NCBI GenBank assembly: GCA_964574495.1
Contig: CAZNNT010000004.1
Location: 1-34,206, forward strand
Direction: 5' to 3'
Length of the DNA stretch: 34,206 bases
Source of the DNA: an uncultured Candidatus Saccharibacteria bacterium
GTDB taxonomy: Bacteria > Patescibacteriota > Minisyncoccia > HO2-45-28
How positions within the stretch are numbered: the stretch's first letter is position 1; the number at the start of each line of letters is the position of its first letter. The notes under the pieces are model-generated. The model was not told the DNA's origin. It ran no database searches and saw only the letters and a program-made list of their open reading frames with translations. A program made the translations under genes and the position numbers. Positions 1 to 9,293 of this stretch are shown here, one piece after another.

Positions 1-1
1 T

Positions 2-952
2 CTTAATCACTCTCGGCAACTCCGAGTGAGGTATGCCGGCGTTAGATATGAGATAGCCGGAATCGGTGTATTGCTGGGCCGCCGCGCGCACATAATAAGC
101 CAGCCCCAGCTTTTCGCGAATTTCGTCAAACAAACGGCTTGAAGTGTTGCCTCCGAGGATCACGCTCAAAAGGCCGAGAGCGTAACGCCTCCGGTCATAC
201 ATATCGTAACCGCGAAAACCCAAAGCCAGATGGGTCTGGTCGGTTTTTTTAAATTCAAATTTTATGGCGGGCCTGATTTGACTTTCTTTGACTTTCTTTT
301 TTGGATTCGGATGGCCGTGCTTGAATTTTTTAAAGATTCCGGCGATTTTTGATTCCGCCGACTTTTGATCAATATTTCCGGCTGCTATTACTAAAGTGTT
401 TGCGGCCACATATTGCCCTTCTTTATAACCGATAATTTCTTCTCTTTTTATCCTGCGTATGGTCGCGGGCGGGCCGGCTATATCCCATCCGGCGGGCTGG
501 TCGCCGTACAAAAGATCTTCCCAAACCGTAAATATTTTTCTTTGCGGCATATCCTCGTACATGCTGATTTCCTGCAAAATTACGCCGCGTTCGCGCTCAA
601 TTTCTTCCGCTTTAAATAACGGCTCAAGTAAAATGTCCGAAACAATGTCCAAGGCCGCGTCAAAATGCTTGGCCGCGGCTTTAACCCAGTAGCCGGTAAC
701 CTCCTGCGAAGTGAAGGCGTTATGCTCCGCGCCCAAACGATCCAAATCCCGATGCACATCGCCGGCGTTCGGACGATGCTCGGTGCCTTTGAAAAAGAGA
801 TGTTCCAAGAAATGCGATATGCCGTTAGTTCCTTTAGTTTCATATTTTGAGCCGGTGCCGACCAAAACCAAAATAGTCATCGCTTCCGTCCCCGACATGG
901 GTGCGGTAATTATTTTTAATCCGCTTGGCAGAATTTTTTTATAAAATTTCAT
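2..952 (-). CDS. M16 family (pitrilysin-like) zinc peptidase, 3' end truncated by window edge
   Basis: Not in the ORF track because it runs off the edge. Manual translation from ATG at 952 gives MKFYKKILPSGLKIITAPMSGTEAMTILVLVGTGSKYETKGTNGISHFLEHLFFKGT, with the inverted zinc motif HxxEH, followed by NAFTS and ERGVILQEISMYED. Confidence 0.93.
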   Translation of the reverse strand, partial: MKFYKKILPSGLKIITAPMSGTEAMTILVLVGTGSKYETKGTNGISHFLEHLFFKGTEHRPNAGDVHRDLDRLGAEHNAFTSQEVTGYWVKAAAKHFDAALDIVSDILLEPLFKAEEIERERGVILQEISMYEDMPQRKIFTVWEDLLYGDQPAGWDIAGPPATIRRIKREEIIGYKEGQYVAANTLVIAAGNIDQKSAESKIAGIFKKFKHGHPNPKKKVKESQIRPAIKFEFKKTDQTHLALGFRGYDMYDRRRYALGLLSVILGGNTSSRLFDEIREKLGLAYYVRAAAQQYTDSGYLISNAGIPHSELPRVIK

Positions 953-992
953 ATTTTAAATATTATCATGGCCGGTAAAAAAATAAAAATGA

Positions 993-1010
993 GCGCGTGA
1001 CATAACGCGC
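993..1010 (-). terminator. Probable intrinsic terminator after 1023..1409
   Basis: GCGCGT/ACGCGC stem followed on the minus strand by a T-rich tract. Confidence 0.45.
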
Positions 1011-1022
1011 CCCTGCAAAAAC

Positions 1023-1409
1023 TCACTCTACGTCTATGTTAAGAATCAGCTCGCCATTTTCTTTAATATAACCCTTAAGATTATAACTCATGCCGTCTTC
1101 GCGAAAACCAACGCCCTTTCCGACATTTCCGCGATATGTGCTTGTGACGCCGCTTGGGTCTGTTTTTTTAATAATAATTCTTTCAACGCCCAGGATTCTG
1201 GCAAGTTCTACATACCGCGAGGACCGATCCGCGGCCCTCACTTCACTTTCAGAAAACGGCGTAAAGAAATAATTATTCAGCCAGCCGAGAAAAATAATCG
1301 CGCCAAACCACAAGCCCAGAATTTTAAGCTGACGCCGGCCTAAACGGCCGTCTTTTGCGCGATACCTATATCTGATATGATATTTCGTCCGCCTTATCTT
1401 TCTTTTCAT
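1023..1409 (-). CDS. Hypothetical protein with basic N-terminus and one TM helix
   Basis: 128-aa ORF with a GGAG SD-like sequence and TATAAT upstream; hydrophobic segment ILGLWFGAIIFLGWLNNYFF. Confidence 0.7.
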   Translation of the reverse strand: MKRKIRRTKYHIRYRYRAKDGRLGRRQLKILGLWFGAIIFLGWLNNYFFTPFSESEVRAADRSSRYVELARILGVERIIIKKTDPSGVTSTYRGNVGKGVGFREDGMSYNLKGYIKENGELILNIDVE

Positions 1410-1467
1410 CCCGTCTTCTCCGAATTTCTCAAGCCGCGCTTCTTTTTAAATTATACAACTGATTTAT

Positions 1468-2775
1468 TCAGCGTAAAACGCTCAAAAAATGCGTCTCCAA
1501 ATCTTTTATCGCAAAACGCTCCTGTTTTCCCGAATCGCGATCACGGACGGTTACGGTATCGTCTTCCAAAGTTTGGTAGTCAATCGTTACGCACCAAGGC
1601 GTTCCGATTTCGTCTTGCCGGCGGTAGCGCTTGCCTATGTTGCCGTTATCGTCAAACTCAACCGCGCCAAACTCTTTTCTCAAATTTTGATAAACCTCTC
1701 GGGCTTTTTTGACTAAATCGGGTTTATTTTTCACTAACGGGAAAACAGCGATTTTTACCGGAGCAATACTCGGCTTTAATTTTAAATAAGTCCGCGGCTC
1801 TCCGCCAAAATCATCTTCGGCGTATGCCGAAACCAAAACCGCAAGAATCGTCCGGCCCAAACCGAAAGTCGGCTCAACAACATGCGGAACGAATTTTTCG
1901 CCGCTTTGAGGGTCGGTGTAGCGCAAATCAACTCCCGACTCCTTCATATGGCGCGACAAATCGTAGTCCGCGCGATAAGCCAAACCATAAAGTTCTTTTG
2001 TGCCGAAAGGATAATCAAATTCAAAATCAACTGTTCTTTTTGAATAATGCGCTCGCTCGCCTTCCGGCACTTCAAGTTCCGAAACCATATTTTTATCAAT
2101 GCCGACACTCGCAATCCAAGACCATATTTCTCTCTGCCAGTTCTCAAAATGTTTTTCCCATTCGTTCGGAGAGCAAAAATATTCAAACTCCATCAAATCA
2201 AATTCCCTCACGCGGAAAAGAAAATCGCGCGGAGAAATTTCGTTTCTATACGCTTTGCCGATCTGGGCAATGCCAAAAGGGAGAGCCGCGCGCGTCGTAT
2301 CCAAAACATTTTTAAAATTAACAAACATACCCTGCGCAATCTCCCCCCTAAGATAGGCCCTTGAAGTCGCGCCGGAAACGCTTCCTGTTTCAACCGGAAA
2401 CAGAAGATTAAATGTTTTTTTGTCTCCGAGTTTACCGCCGCATTCCGGGCATTTATTTTCATCTTTTACTTGATCCGCCCGAAAACGCCCTTTGCATTTT
2501 TTACATTCAACCATCGGATCGGCAAAATCCTCCAAGTGGCCGCTCGCGCGCCAAACCGCTTCGGGCATTATGGCGGTTGTGGCGATGCCATACATATCTT
2601 CATGATTTTTAACGAAATGATTCCACCATAAGTCCTTTATATTGTGGGCTAACTGGGCGCCGTAGGGTCCCAAATCCCAAAAACCGGCCAGTCCCCCATA
2701 AATTTCAGAAGCCGGATAAACAAATCCGCGTCTTTTAGCGAGCGATATGATTTTTTCCAGATTATTTTCCGTCAT
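1468..2775 (-). CDS. glyQS: Glycine--tRNA ligase, alpha2 (eukaryote/archaea-like) type
   Basis: LAKRRGFVYPASEIYGG, YLRGEIAQG, motif 2 AYRNEISPR..FRVREF, and anticodon-binding domain GNIGKRYRRQDEIGTPWCVTID. Confidence 0.97.
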   Translation of the reverse strand: MTENNLEKIISLAKRRGFVYPASEIYGGLAGFWDLGPYGAQLAHNIKDLWWNHFVKNHEDMYGIATTAIMPEAVWRASGHLEDFADPMVECKKCKGRFRADQVKDENKCPECGGKLGDKKTFNLLFPVETGSVSGATSRAYLRGEIAQGMFVNFKNVLDTTRAALPFGIAQIGKAYRNEISPRDFLFRVREFDLMEFEYFCSPNEWEKHFENWQREIWSWIASVGIDKNMVSELEVPEGERAHYSKRTVDFEFDYPFGTKELYGLAYRADYDLSRHMKESGVDLRYTDPQSGEKFVPHVVEPTFGLGRTILAVLVSAYAEDDFGGEPRTYLKLKPSIAPVKIAVFPLVKNKPDLVKKAREVYQNLRKEFGAVEFDDNGNIGKRYRRQDEIGTPWCVTIDYQTLEDDTVTVRDRDSGKQERFAIKDLETHFLSVLR

Positions 2776-2810
2776 TTAGAAATTTTAATCGCAAAAGCTC
2801 CGGCTGGCAA

Positions 2811-4718
2811 TCATTCCGTTACTACCCCGTCTCCGGATTTGGTTTGGCTGTCCGACCTTAAAATATCTGTTGTCAAAGCTGGAAGAGCGTCATTTAAAGT
2901 ATTGCCGGTAAAATCGTCCCGACCTTCGGCTAAAATATCAAAAAGTAAAACCGGCGAAGATCCAATCTGGCTAGCCGAAGCTATTAAGCCGAGCTGGAAA
3001 GCCGCCTCTCTTGCCGGCTGGGTTATCCCAACGCCGGCTTTCACATTGCCGGGCCTCCAGACAATTTCGGAGCGAACGGCGTCATAAATCAGGGATTCGT
3101 CGGCGGGCTTAACTACTCCTTTCCAGCGAACATAGGCCGGCAAAGAGGCCTTAACCCTAACGCCGCTGACATCGTTGGATAAATTGGCCAAAGTCCAGAT
3201 AACGGTATAGACCGTTTCTTTGCCGACTCGCGGAGGCAAGGGACCAGAGCCGCCAAGAATTGACGAATAATAAAAACCCTGGCTGGATAACTGCAAATCG
3301 GTTTCAATCTTCAGCTCAATTTCAAATCTTCCCGAAACATCGGCGCCCCCAAAACCTTCCGGCGCGACTCCGGGTTTGATCTCTCCGGTCAATTTAATCA
3401 CGGCGTTTTTTAAACCCTTGCGGGACAAAGAGAGCGCGTCTAAAACCCTGAAACCGAATCCTATCCGCCCCTCTTCTCCCGGATCAAGCAAAACCAAATC
3501 CTTTAAACTGGACGGCGACCAAACAACTTTTTTATCAAATCCGCGATAAGAGCCGGAAAAAACAGAAATGCTGCGCTCGTCAATCGCCTGACCTTCCAGA
3601 TTTACTTCTATGGAAGCGTCGCGAACCGCCTGCAAAAGATTGTTTTTCCAGGCAATCTCCACACTGACTAAATCGCCGGTTTTAACGGCGTTTCCTTCGT
3701 CTTCGCCGTTTATTTTCGCGACCAAATCAATAAACATTCTCCTAATGACGAGCGAATTGGTCGCCGCTCCGTATACCGACAAATTCTGTCCATCCAAAAC
3801 TCCGACTTGAGCCGAAATATTTTTCTGCGACGAGTCCTCTCCTTCAAAAATTCCCGAAATCGTAACGGCTCCCGAGGCGCCCGCGGCAAGATCGCCTAAA
3901 ATCCATCGGCTTTGCCCTTCGGAAGGGCGGGGAGAAGCATTTTTAAAGGTAAAGCCATCAGGGTAAATGACATTAAGCGCGAGATTACGAATCGCGTCTG
4001 AAGAATTGGAAACATAATTTATTTTAAAACTCACCTCCCGCCCCGAATTGATTTCTTGAGGCGCCGCTATTGAAACGCCCACGGGAGAACGAATAATTTT
4101 AACGATCTGATTTTGCGACTTTTCAAAAATCGCGTTGGATCCCTCGGCGCGATATTCAAGGGTCGCTTCGGCCTCGCCTTCAAAATTTTCCGGACCAAAA
4201 ACATAAGCGGCAAAAATTTGCTTTACCACTCCTCCCGACTCAACTTCGCCCACAGAAACCCTTTCTATTAAAAATTGCGTGGGCAATTTATTGACCGGCC
4301 GCGAGCCGTCGGGATATTTAAAACTCAAATCGGCCAAAGCCAATTTTACTTTGTTTTTGTTGTGAATTGATACTTCCCACCTGACCAAATCCCCGCCGGC
4401 CACTTCTTGAGGCACTGAAATTGTTATATCTATATTTCTGGCGGAAATCGCTCCGAAGCCGCCGAAAAGATAGAGCGATGCCGCGACAACCAAGCCCAAA
4501 ACCAAAAGAATCAACGCCCAGATAAAAATTTTCATATTTTTAAAACGCGGCTCTTTCAAGACCTCGGACAAGATTTCTTGCGGCTCTTGGGGTTCCCGCC
4601 AACTTGAACTCGCTTTTTCTGGCCGATAGGGCAATTCCGGCTCCTGAAAACGGCCGCCGAACACTTCGCCTTTTTTGTAAAGACGCTTTTTCAGCCGCTC
4701 TAAACCGTCGTCCGCCAT
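2811..4718 (-). CDS. Conserved CPR membrane-anchored protein with repeated DUF11/Ig-like beta domains
   Basis: N-terminal TM helix, repeated 'YPDGF/S' and W..G.L beta-sandwich motifs, C-terminal GPLPPRVGKETVYTVIW. Confidence 0.8.
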   Translation of the reverse strand: MADDGLERLKKRLYKKGEVFGGRFQEPELPYRPEKASSSWREPQEPQEILSEVLKEPRFKNMKIFIWALILLVLGLVVAASLYLFGGFGAISARNIDITISVPQEVAGGDLVRWEVSIHNKNKVKLALADLSFKYPDGSRPVNKLPTQFLIERVSVGEVESGGVVKQIFAAYVFGPENFEGEAEATLEYRAEGSNAIFEKSQNQIVKIIRSPVGVSIAAPQEINSGREVSFKINYVSNSSDAIRNLALNVIYPDGFTFKNASPRPSEGQSRWILGDLAAGASGAVTISGIFEGEDSSQKNISAQVGVLDGQNLSVYGAATNSLVIRRMFIDLVAKINGEDEGNAVKTGDLVSVEIAWKNNLLQAVRDASIEVNLEGQAIDERSISVFSGSYRGFDKKVVWSPSSLKDLVLLDPGEEGRIGFGFRVLDALSLSRKGLKNAVIKLTGEIKPGVAPEGFGGADVSGRFEIELKIETDLQLSSQGFYYSSILGGSGPLPPRVGKETVYTVIWTLANLSNDVSGVRVKASLPAYVRWKGVVKPADESLIYDAVRSEIVWRPGNVKAGVGITQPAREAAFQLGLIASASQIGSSPVLLFDILAEGRDDFTGNTLNDALPALTTDILRSDSQTKSGDGVVTE

Positions 4719-4737
4719 CTAATTATTATATCACTTT

Positions 4738-5283
4738 TCAAAGCTGGCTCATCTTGAGTCCGAGTTCGTAAATTTTACGGATATAGTCCGCCCCCTCGCC
4801 ATCGGCGGCATCAAACCAGTTATTGCCGGTAATGATTTGTTTTTGCGAAGAAACATAGCCAAGACGATGCAGAAGCCGCGCGCGAAAAAGCCCTTCAAAC
4901 CCCCCAGTTGTCAAACACCCGGTGTTTGACAAAACGCCGACCAAAAGATTCCAAACAACTTCGTCTTTTTCTTGGCCTTTTATCAGGCGCTCAACAAAAG
5001 AAAGGGCTTTTTTTAACGACGCGCAGGCCCGCTCATCATACGGAAGCCGTAAGATTTCTTCGGCGTCTGTCAGGCGCATAAACTCCTTGCCTTCTATGAA
5101 AGATAATCTGACCAAAGAATAAAGTCCCAAGTGACTTCGTAATTTTGATTTTTCCAGCCGGATTCCCCGAGCTAAAACAGATATTTTTCCAAAATCTTTG
5201 GTGTAGATATTATATATGCGGTCGGCTTCTCCGAAATCCGTTGCCGATAAAATTATGCCTTCGGTACGGTGAAGGTTATACAT
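4738..5283 (-). CDS. recO: DNA repair protein RecO (short form)
   Basis: N-terminal OB fold TEGIILSATDFGEADRIYNIYTKDFGKISVLARGIR..KSKLR; LLHRLGY near the C-terminus. Confidence 0.9.
   Translation of the reverse strand: MYNLHRTEGIILSATDFGEADRIYNIYTKDFGKISVLARGIRLEKSKLRSHLGLYSLVRLSFIEGKEFMRLTDAEEILRLPYDERACASLKKALSFVERLIKGQEKDEVVWNLLVGVLSNTGCLTTGGFEGLFRARLLHRLGYVSSQKQIITGNNWFDAADGEGADYIRKIYELGLKMSQL
4908..4932. repeat. Palindromic REP-like element inside recO
   Basis: TTGTCAAACACC-C-GGTGTTTGACAA, with 12-nt perfect inverted arms inside the reading frame. Confidence 0.6.
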
Positions 5284-5307
5284 AACTCAATTTTAAATCA
5301 AAAAAAC

Positions 5308-5328
5308 AGGGACTCCAAAGGAGTCCCT
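5308..5328. terminator. Intrinsic terminator, potentially bidirectional
   Basis: AGGGACTCC-AAA-GGAGTCCCT flanked by an A-tract and a T-tract. Confidence 0.8.
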
Positions 5329-5368
5329 CGTCTTTTTTGTCTAACTAACGCGTCTCATCAACCTATAA

Positions 5369-5764
5369 TTAGGATGAATATATCTTCGCCTTGATTTGGC
5401 AGAAACTTAATCTCTTTACAATATAGAAGGGGAGAACTAGCCAAGCCATAAGAATCAAAACTAGCGGGAATACACCAATTACCGATAAAAAAGCTATACC
5501 TACAATAACTGCCACAATGGCAGAAACAATTACGTAAACTACATCTAACATATTGCGCATTTCCAACCCGTTTTCAAAGAGCGTATATCCACGATAGGTC
5601 GCGGATAATATTGCCAGCCCTAAAATGAATATGCCGACAGGAACTAAAATATTACAATCATCCAAATCATCCGACCACCATTCATTCGCTAAATAAAAGC
5701 ACAATCCTCCAACAGCCAACGCCAGGACGACAACTGCGACCCAAGCGAATAAATTTGCGGCCAT
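5369..5764 (-). CDS. Hypothetical multi-pass membrane protein (AT-rich, accessory)
   Basis: Three to four hydrophobic helices. Strong SD GGAGGTGA precedes ATG at 5764, so the start is moved from 5770. A TTGACA-17-TATATA promoter overlaps the ileS 3' end. Confidence 0.75.
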   Translation of the reverse strand: MAANLFAWVAVVVLALAVGGLCFYLANEWWSDDLDDCNILVPVGIFILGLAILSATYRGYTLFENGLEMRNMLDVVYVIVSAIVAVIVGIAFLSVIGVFPLVLILMAWLVLPFYIVKRLSFCQIKAKIYSS

Positions 5765-5825
5765 AATCACCTCCGCTTTTTGCGTGGTTTCAAATTACGG
5801 GCGGCAATTATGCGCCCACTTCATT

Positions 5826-8800
5826 TTATATACCAAATTTCAAAGAGATTGTCAAGCGGTTGGGTTTAAATGATTCGCTAAATAAAATTATTTTAATCCC
5901 CGCCTCTTTTTTAAGGGTTGCCTCAAACTTCTTTACAAAGGCGGCGCCTTTGCTGTCGGTTAATGCGGCAAAAGTTATTTTATCTGACGGTTTAAAACCG
6001 GCTTCTTTTCTTTTCTCCTGAATATGACGGACAAGTTCGCGAAGCTGGCCCTCTTCTTTGAGTTCGGGAGTTATGTTTATGTCTAACTCAACTTCGTCTT
6101 TGATTTTGGGATCAAAAACTATTTTTTTAATATTCACCTCCCCTTCTATTAAATTTAGAAATTCTTTTTTGTTTCGGATTTCGGATTTCGGATTTCGGAT
6201 TTTAAGCAATGCGAGCGGCTGGCGGACTTTAATGCCGGCTTTCGCCCGCGCTTCAAGCCCCAAAGAAACAATCCGTCTCGCCTCGTTCATTTCTTCAACC
6301 AGTTTTTTTTCGGATACTGACGGTTTTTTGAATTTAGTCCATTTTTCCAAATGAATACTGCCATTTTTTATAACTTCTAAAAACATCCTGTCTGTCAAAA
6401 AGGGAATAAAAGGAGCCGCTAATTTTGAAACCTCGCGCAAAGCAAGGCCAAAAATATCGCTTATCTCTTTTTTCTCGGGCTTTGAGCCGAATCTGATGGC
6501 GTCTCTTATCCGCCTGATATACCAGCGCGACAAATCTTCAGCCACGAAGTTTTCAATCATCCGCGCGGCGCGAACAATGTCAAATTTTTCAAGCGCTTCA
6601 GTCGCATCGTATCCAACCTGGTTTAATCTGATGTCCAGCCATTTATTTATAAGAAGCTTCGGCTTTTTTTTCAGGACACTCCCCTTGTCTTTATATGTCC
6701 TCCAATAAACAAATGAATTCCAGAAAATGTTCATGAATCGGCGCGAGGCCTCCGCGATGTCCGATTCTTTAAAAAGTTTTTCGTCCCACGGCTGATTAAC
6801 GGTGTAAAAATACCATCTGACGGCGTCCGCTCCGTATTTTTCAAAAAGCGGCAGCGGTTCAGCCGCGTTGCCCCGCGACTTGGACATTTTTTCGCCTTTT
6901 TCATCAAGAACCAATCCCAAGACCAAAACGTTTTTATAAGGCGCCGGCAATTTCAATAGAGACGAAACGGCAAGCAGCGTATAAAACCAGCCGCGAGTTT
7001 GATCAATGCCTTCGGCAATATAATCAGCCGGATATTGGAGTGCTATTTTTTTATCAAACGGATAATGATCTTGGGCAAAAGGGACGCAGCCGGAATCAAA
7101 CCAGACATCAGCCACTTCTTTCACGCGCGTCATTTCGCCTCCGCATTTGGCACAAGCCAAATCAATCAAATCAATATAAGGCCGGTGCAAATCCAACTCT
7201 CCGGCTCGGTTATAAGGCCAATTATGAAGTTCCAGTTCTTTTGCTTCGCCTGTTTTCGGATACCAGGAAGTTTTATAATCTTTTTCGGGCAATCCTTCAA
7301 GCGCCGCGTTTAACATCCACAGGGGATCGCCGTGGCTCACTATAACAATATTTTTCCCGCGATTATTTTTCGCTATGCGCCTTAATTCCATCATCATTCT
7401 GGATCTGGTGTCACGAAGCGATTCGCCGTTAGGAAACGGCTCGCGCAATTTTCGTTCAAAAGGAAACTCCTTATGTTCTTCCCGGACGCTGCGGCCGTGG
7501 AAATCGCCCGCATCGATGTCGTAAATATTATTATTAATTTCTGTTTTTGCGCCCAAATTTTTAGACAAAATTTCGGCCGTTTGTCTGGCGCGGTTCAGGG
7601 GCGAAGAAATTACCAAATCAATTTTTTCTTTCTTTAGTCCCGCGGCCGCCTTTTTAACTTCCGCTATGCCTTTTTTGGTTAAATGGTTATCGTAATCGCG
7701 TTCGGGGGTTGCGGGTCCGATAATGCCTTTAACGTTATGGTCGGCCTGGCCGTGACGCATTATAAAAATTCTTGCGCTTCTTTCGGGCGCGAATTCATCA
7801 AGTTTGGCGAGCGAACCGATAACTTTTTGATTTGCGCATTTGGCGCATTGCCAAATCGGGAGGGGCGTTCCCCAATATCTTTCGCGCGAAATCGCCCAAT
7901 CAACATTTTCGGAAAGCCATTCGCCGAATCGCCCGTCGCGGATAAATTGCGGATGCCAGCCGATTTTTTTATTTTCGGCGATCATCCGATTTTTAACCGC
8001 CGTTGTTTTTAAAAACCACGAATCTTTCGCGAAATAAATAAGAGGCGACTGACAGCGCCAGCAAAAAGGATAATCGTGCTCGTAAAGTTCGGTCTTAAAA
8101 AGAAGCCGCCGGTTTTTTAAATCTTTAATAATAAGCGGATTGGCGTCTTTGAAATATCTGCCGTCCCAGGCGTACCCGGGAGTTTTCAATTTCCCCTCTT
8201 CGTCCACCGTGACCGGAGTTGGCAATTTCTCTTTTTTGCCTATTTCCTGGTCCTCTCTGCCGAATGCCGGAGCCACATGCAAAATGCCGGTGCCGTCTTC
8301 GGCGGTTACGAAATCCGACTCCGTTATCTTGTAATTGGATGTTGAATGTTGAATGTTAGATATTGGATAAAGCGGCTCATATTCCAGACCGATCAGATCT
8401 TTGCCTTTTTGTTCGTTTATTTCTTTATAATCTTCTTCAAGAACTTCAAGCCGGCTTTTAGCCAAAATCAGCCGCTCGCCGTTTTTTTCAACCGTCGCGT
8501 AGCCGATTTTCGGATTGACCGCCAAAGCAATGTTGCCCGGCAAAGTCCAGGGAGTCGTCGTCCAAACCAATAAATAACTTTTAGGTTGTTTGAGAGAGAA
8601 TTTAACATACACCGATTCGTCTTTTACCTTTTTATAACCCTGCGCGAGTTCGTGCGACGAAAGCGAAGTGCCGCACCGCGGACACCACGGCAAGACCTTG
8701 TAGTCCTTATACAAATATCCGTTTTTCGCGATCTTGGAAAAAACCGACCAGAGCGACTCAATATAGCCATTGGTCATAGTCACGTACGGATTTTTTAAAT

Positions 8801-9233
8801 CAAGCCAGTAAGCCATTCGGTCGGTCAGTCTTTCCCATTCTTCTTTGTAGCCGAACACGCTTTTTTTGGCTTCCTCAACGAATTTTTCCAATCCGACTTT
8901 TTCTTCTATATCTTTTTTGGAAGCCAAACCGAGTTTTTTCTCGACTTCCATTTCAGTCGGCAATCCGTGAGTATCCCATCCGGCTTTCCTGCGGACATAA
9001 AATCCCCGCATGGTCTTAAAACGCAAAATCGCGTCTTTGAAGGCGCGGGCAAGCGCGTGATGAATACCCGGCCGGCCATTGGCGTAAGGGGGTCCCTCGT
9101 AAAACACGAATGGCCTGCCCTTTTCGGTTTTATCAAGAGTTTGCTCAAAAATTTTATTTTTCCGCCAGTATTCCAAAATTTCTTTCTCACTTTCGGAAAA
9201 TGATTTTTTATGTTCCGAATCCTTGTCGGTCAT
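5826..9233 (-). CDS. ileS: Isoleucine--tRNA ligase (IleRS2-like) with inserted histidine-phosphatase domain
   Basis: FYEGPPYANGRPGIHH, GWDTHGLP, WTTTPWTLP, DWAISRERYWG, EGIDQTRGWF and KMSKS. The insertion carries IMRHGQ, SSPLNRARQTA, PNGES and VSHGDP. Confidence 0.97.
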   Translation of the reverse strand: MTDKDSEHKKSFSESEKEILEYWRKNKIFEQTLDKTEKGRPFVFYEGPPYANGRPGIHHALARAFKDAILRFKTMRGFYVRRKAGWDTHGLPTEMEVEKKLGLASKKDIEEKVGLEKFVEEAKKSVFGYKEEWERLTDRMAYWLDLKNPYVTMTNGYIESLWSVFSKIAKNGYLYKDYKVLPWCPRCGTSLSSHELAQGYKKVKDESVYVKFSLKQPKSYLLVWTTTPWTLPGNIALAVNPKIGYATVEKNGERLILAKSRLEVLEEDYKEINEQKGKDLIGLEYEPLYPISNIQHSTSNYKITESDFVTAEDGTGILHVAPAFGREDQEIGKKEKLPTPVTVDEEGKLKTPGYAWDGRYFKDANPLIIKDLKNRRLLFKTELYEHDYPFCWRCQSPLIYFAKDSWFLKTTAVKNRMIAENKKIGWHPQFIRDGRFGEWLSENVDWAISRERYWGTPLPIWQCAKCANQKVIGSLAKLDEFAPERSARIFIMRHGQADHNVKGIIGPATPERDYDNHLTKKGIAEVKKAAAGLKKEKIDLVISSPLNRARQTAEILSKNLGAKTEINNNIYDIDAGDFHGRSVREEHKEFPFERKLREPFPNGESLRDTRSRMMMELRRIAKNNRGKNIVIVSHGDPLWMLNAALEGLPEKDYKTSWYPKTGEAKELELHNWPYNRAGELDLHRPYIDLIDLACAKCGGEMTRVKEVADVWFDSGCVPFAQDHYPFDKKIALQYPADYIAEGIDQTRGWFYTLLAVSSLLKLPAPYKNVLVLGLVLDEKGEKMSKSRGNAAEPLPLFEKYGADAVRWYFYTVNQPWDEKLFKESDIAEASRRFMNIFWNSFVYWRTYKDKGSVLKKKPKLLINKWLDIRLNQVGYDATEALEKFDIVRAARMIENFVAEDLSRWYIRRIRDAIRFGSKPEKKEISDIFGLALREVSKLAAPFIPFLTDRMFLEVIKNGSIHLEKWTKFKKPSVSEKKLVEEMNEARRIVSLGLEARAKAGIKVRQPLALLKIRNPKSEIRNKKEFLNLIEGEVNIKKIVFDPKIKDEVELDINITPELKEEGQLRELVRHIQEKRKEAGFKPSDKITFAALTDSKGAAFVKKFEATLKKEAGIKIILFSESFKPNRLTISLKFGI
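6172..6199. repeat. Heptamer tandem repeat (TTTCGGA)x4 within ileS
   Basis: Read directly; encodes KIRNPKSEIRN. Confidence 0.85.
8335..8369. repeat. Degenerate heptamer tandem repeat (TTRRATR)x5 within ileS
   Basis: TTGGATG TTGAATG TTGAATG TTAGATA TTGGATA; encodes YPISNIQHSTSN. Confidence 0.75.
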
Positions 9234-9254
9234 AGGATTACTTTAACTAAAAAA

Positions 9255-9274
9255 GCGCCCTATTTCTAGGGCGC
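9255..9274 (-). terminator. recA intrinsic terminator
   Basis: Minus strand GCGCCCTA-GAAA-TAGGGCGC-TTTTTT. Confidence 0.85.
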
Positions 9275-9293
9275 CATAACCTCTCTGCAAAAA

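Noticed and set aside
277-299. 10-nt direct repeat TTTGACTTTC x2 in the M16 peptidase gene
   Set aside because: Only two copies in a Lys-rich linker with the frame intact; consistent with chance.
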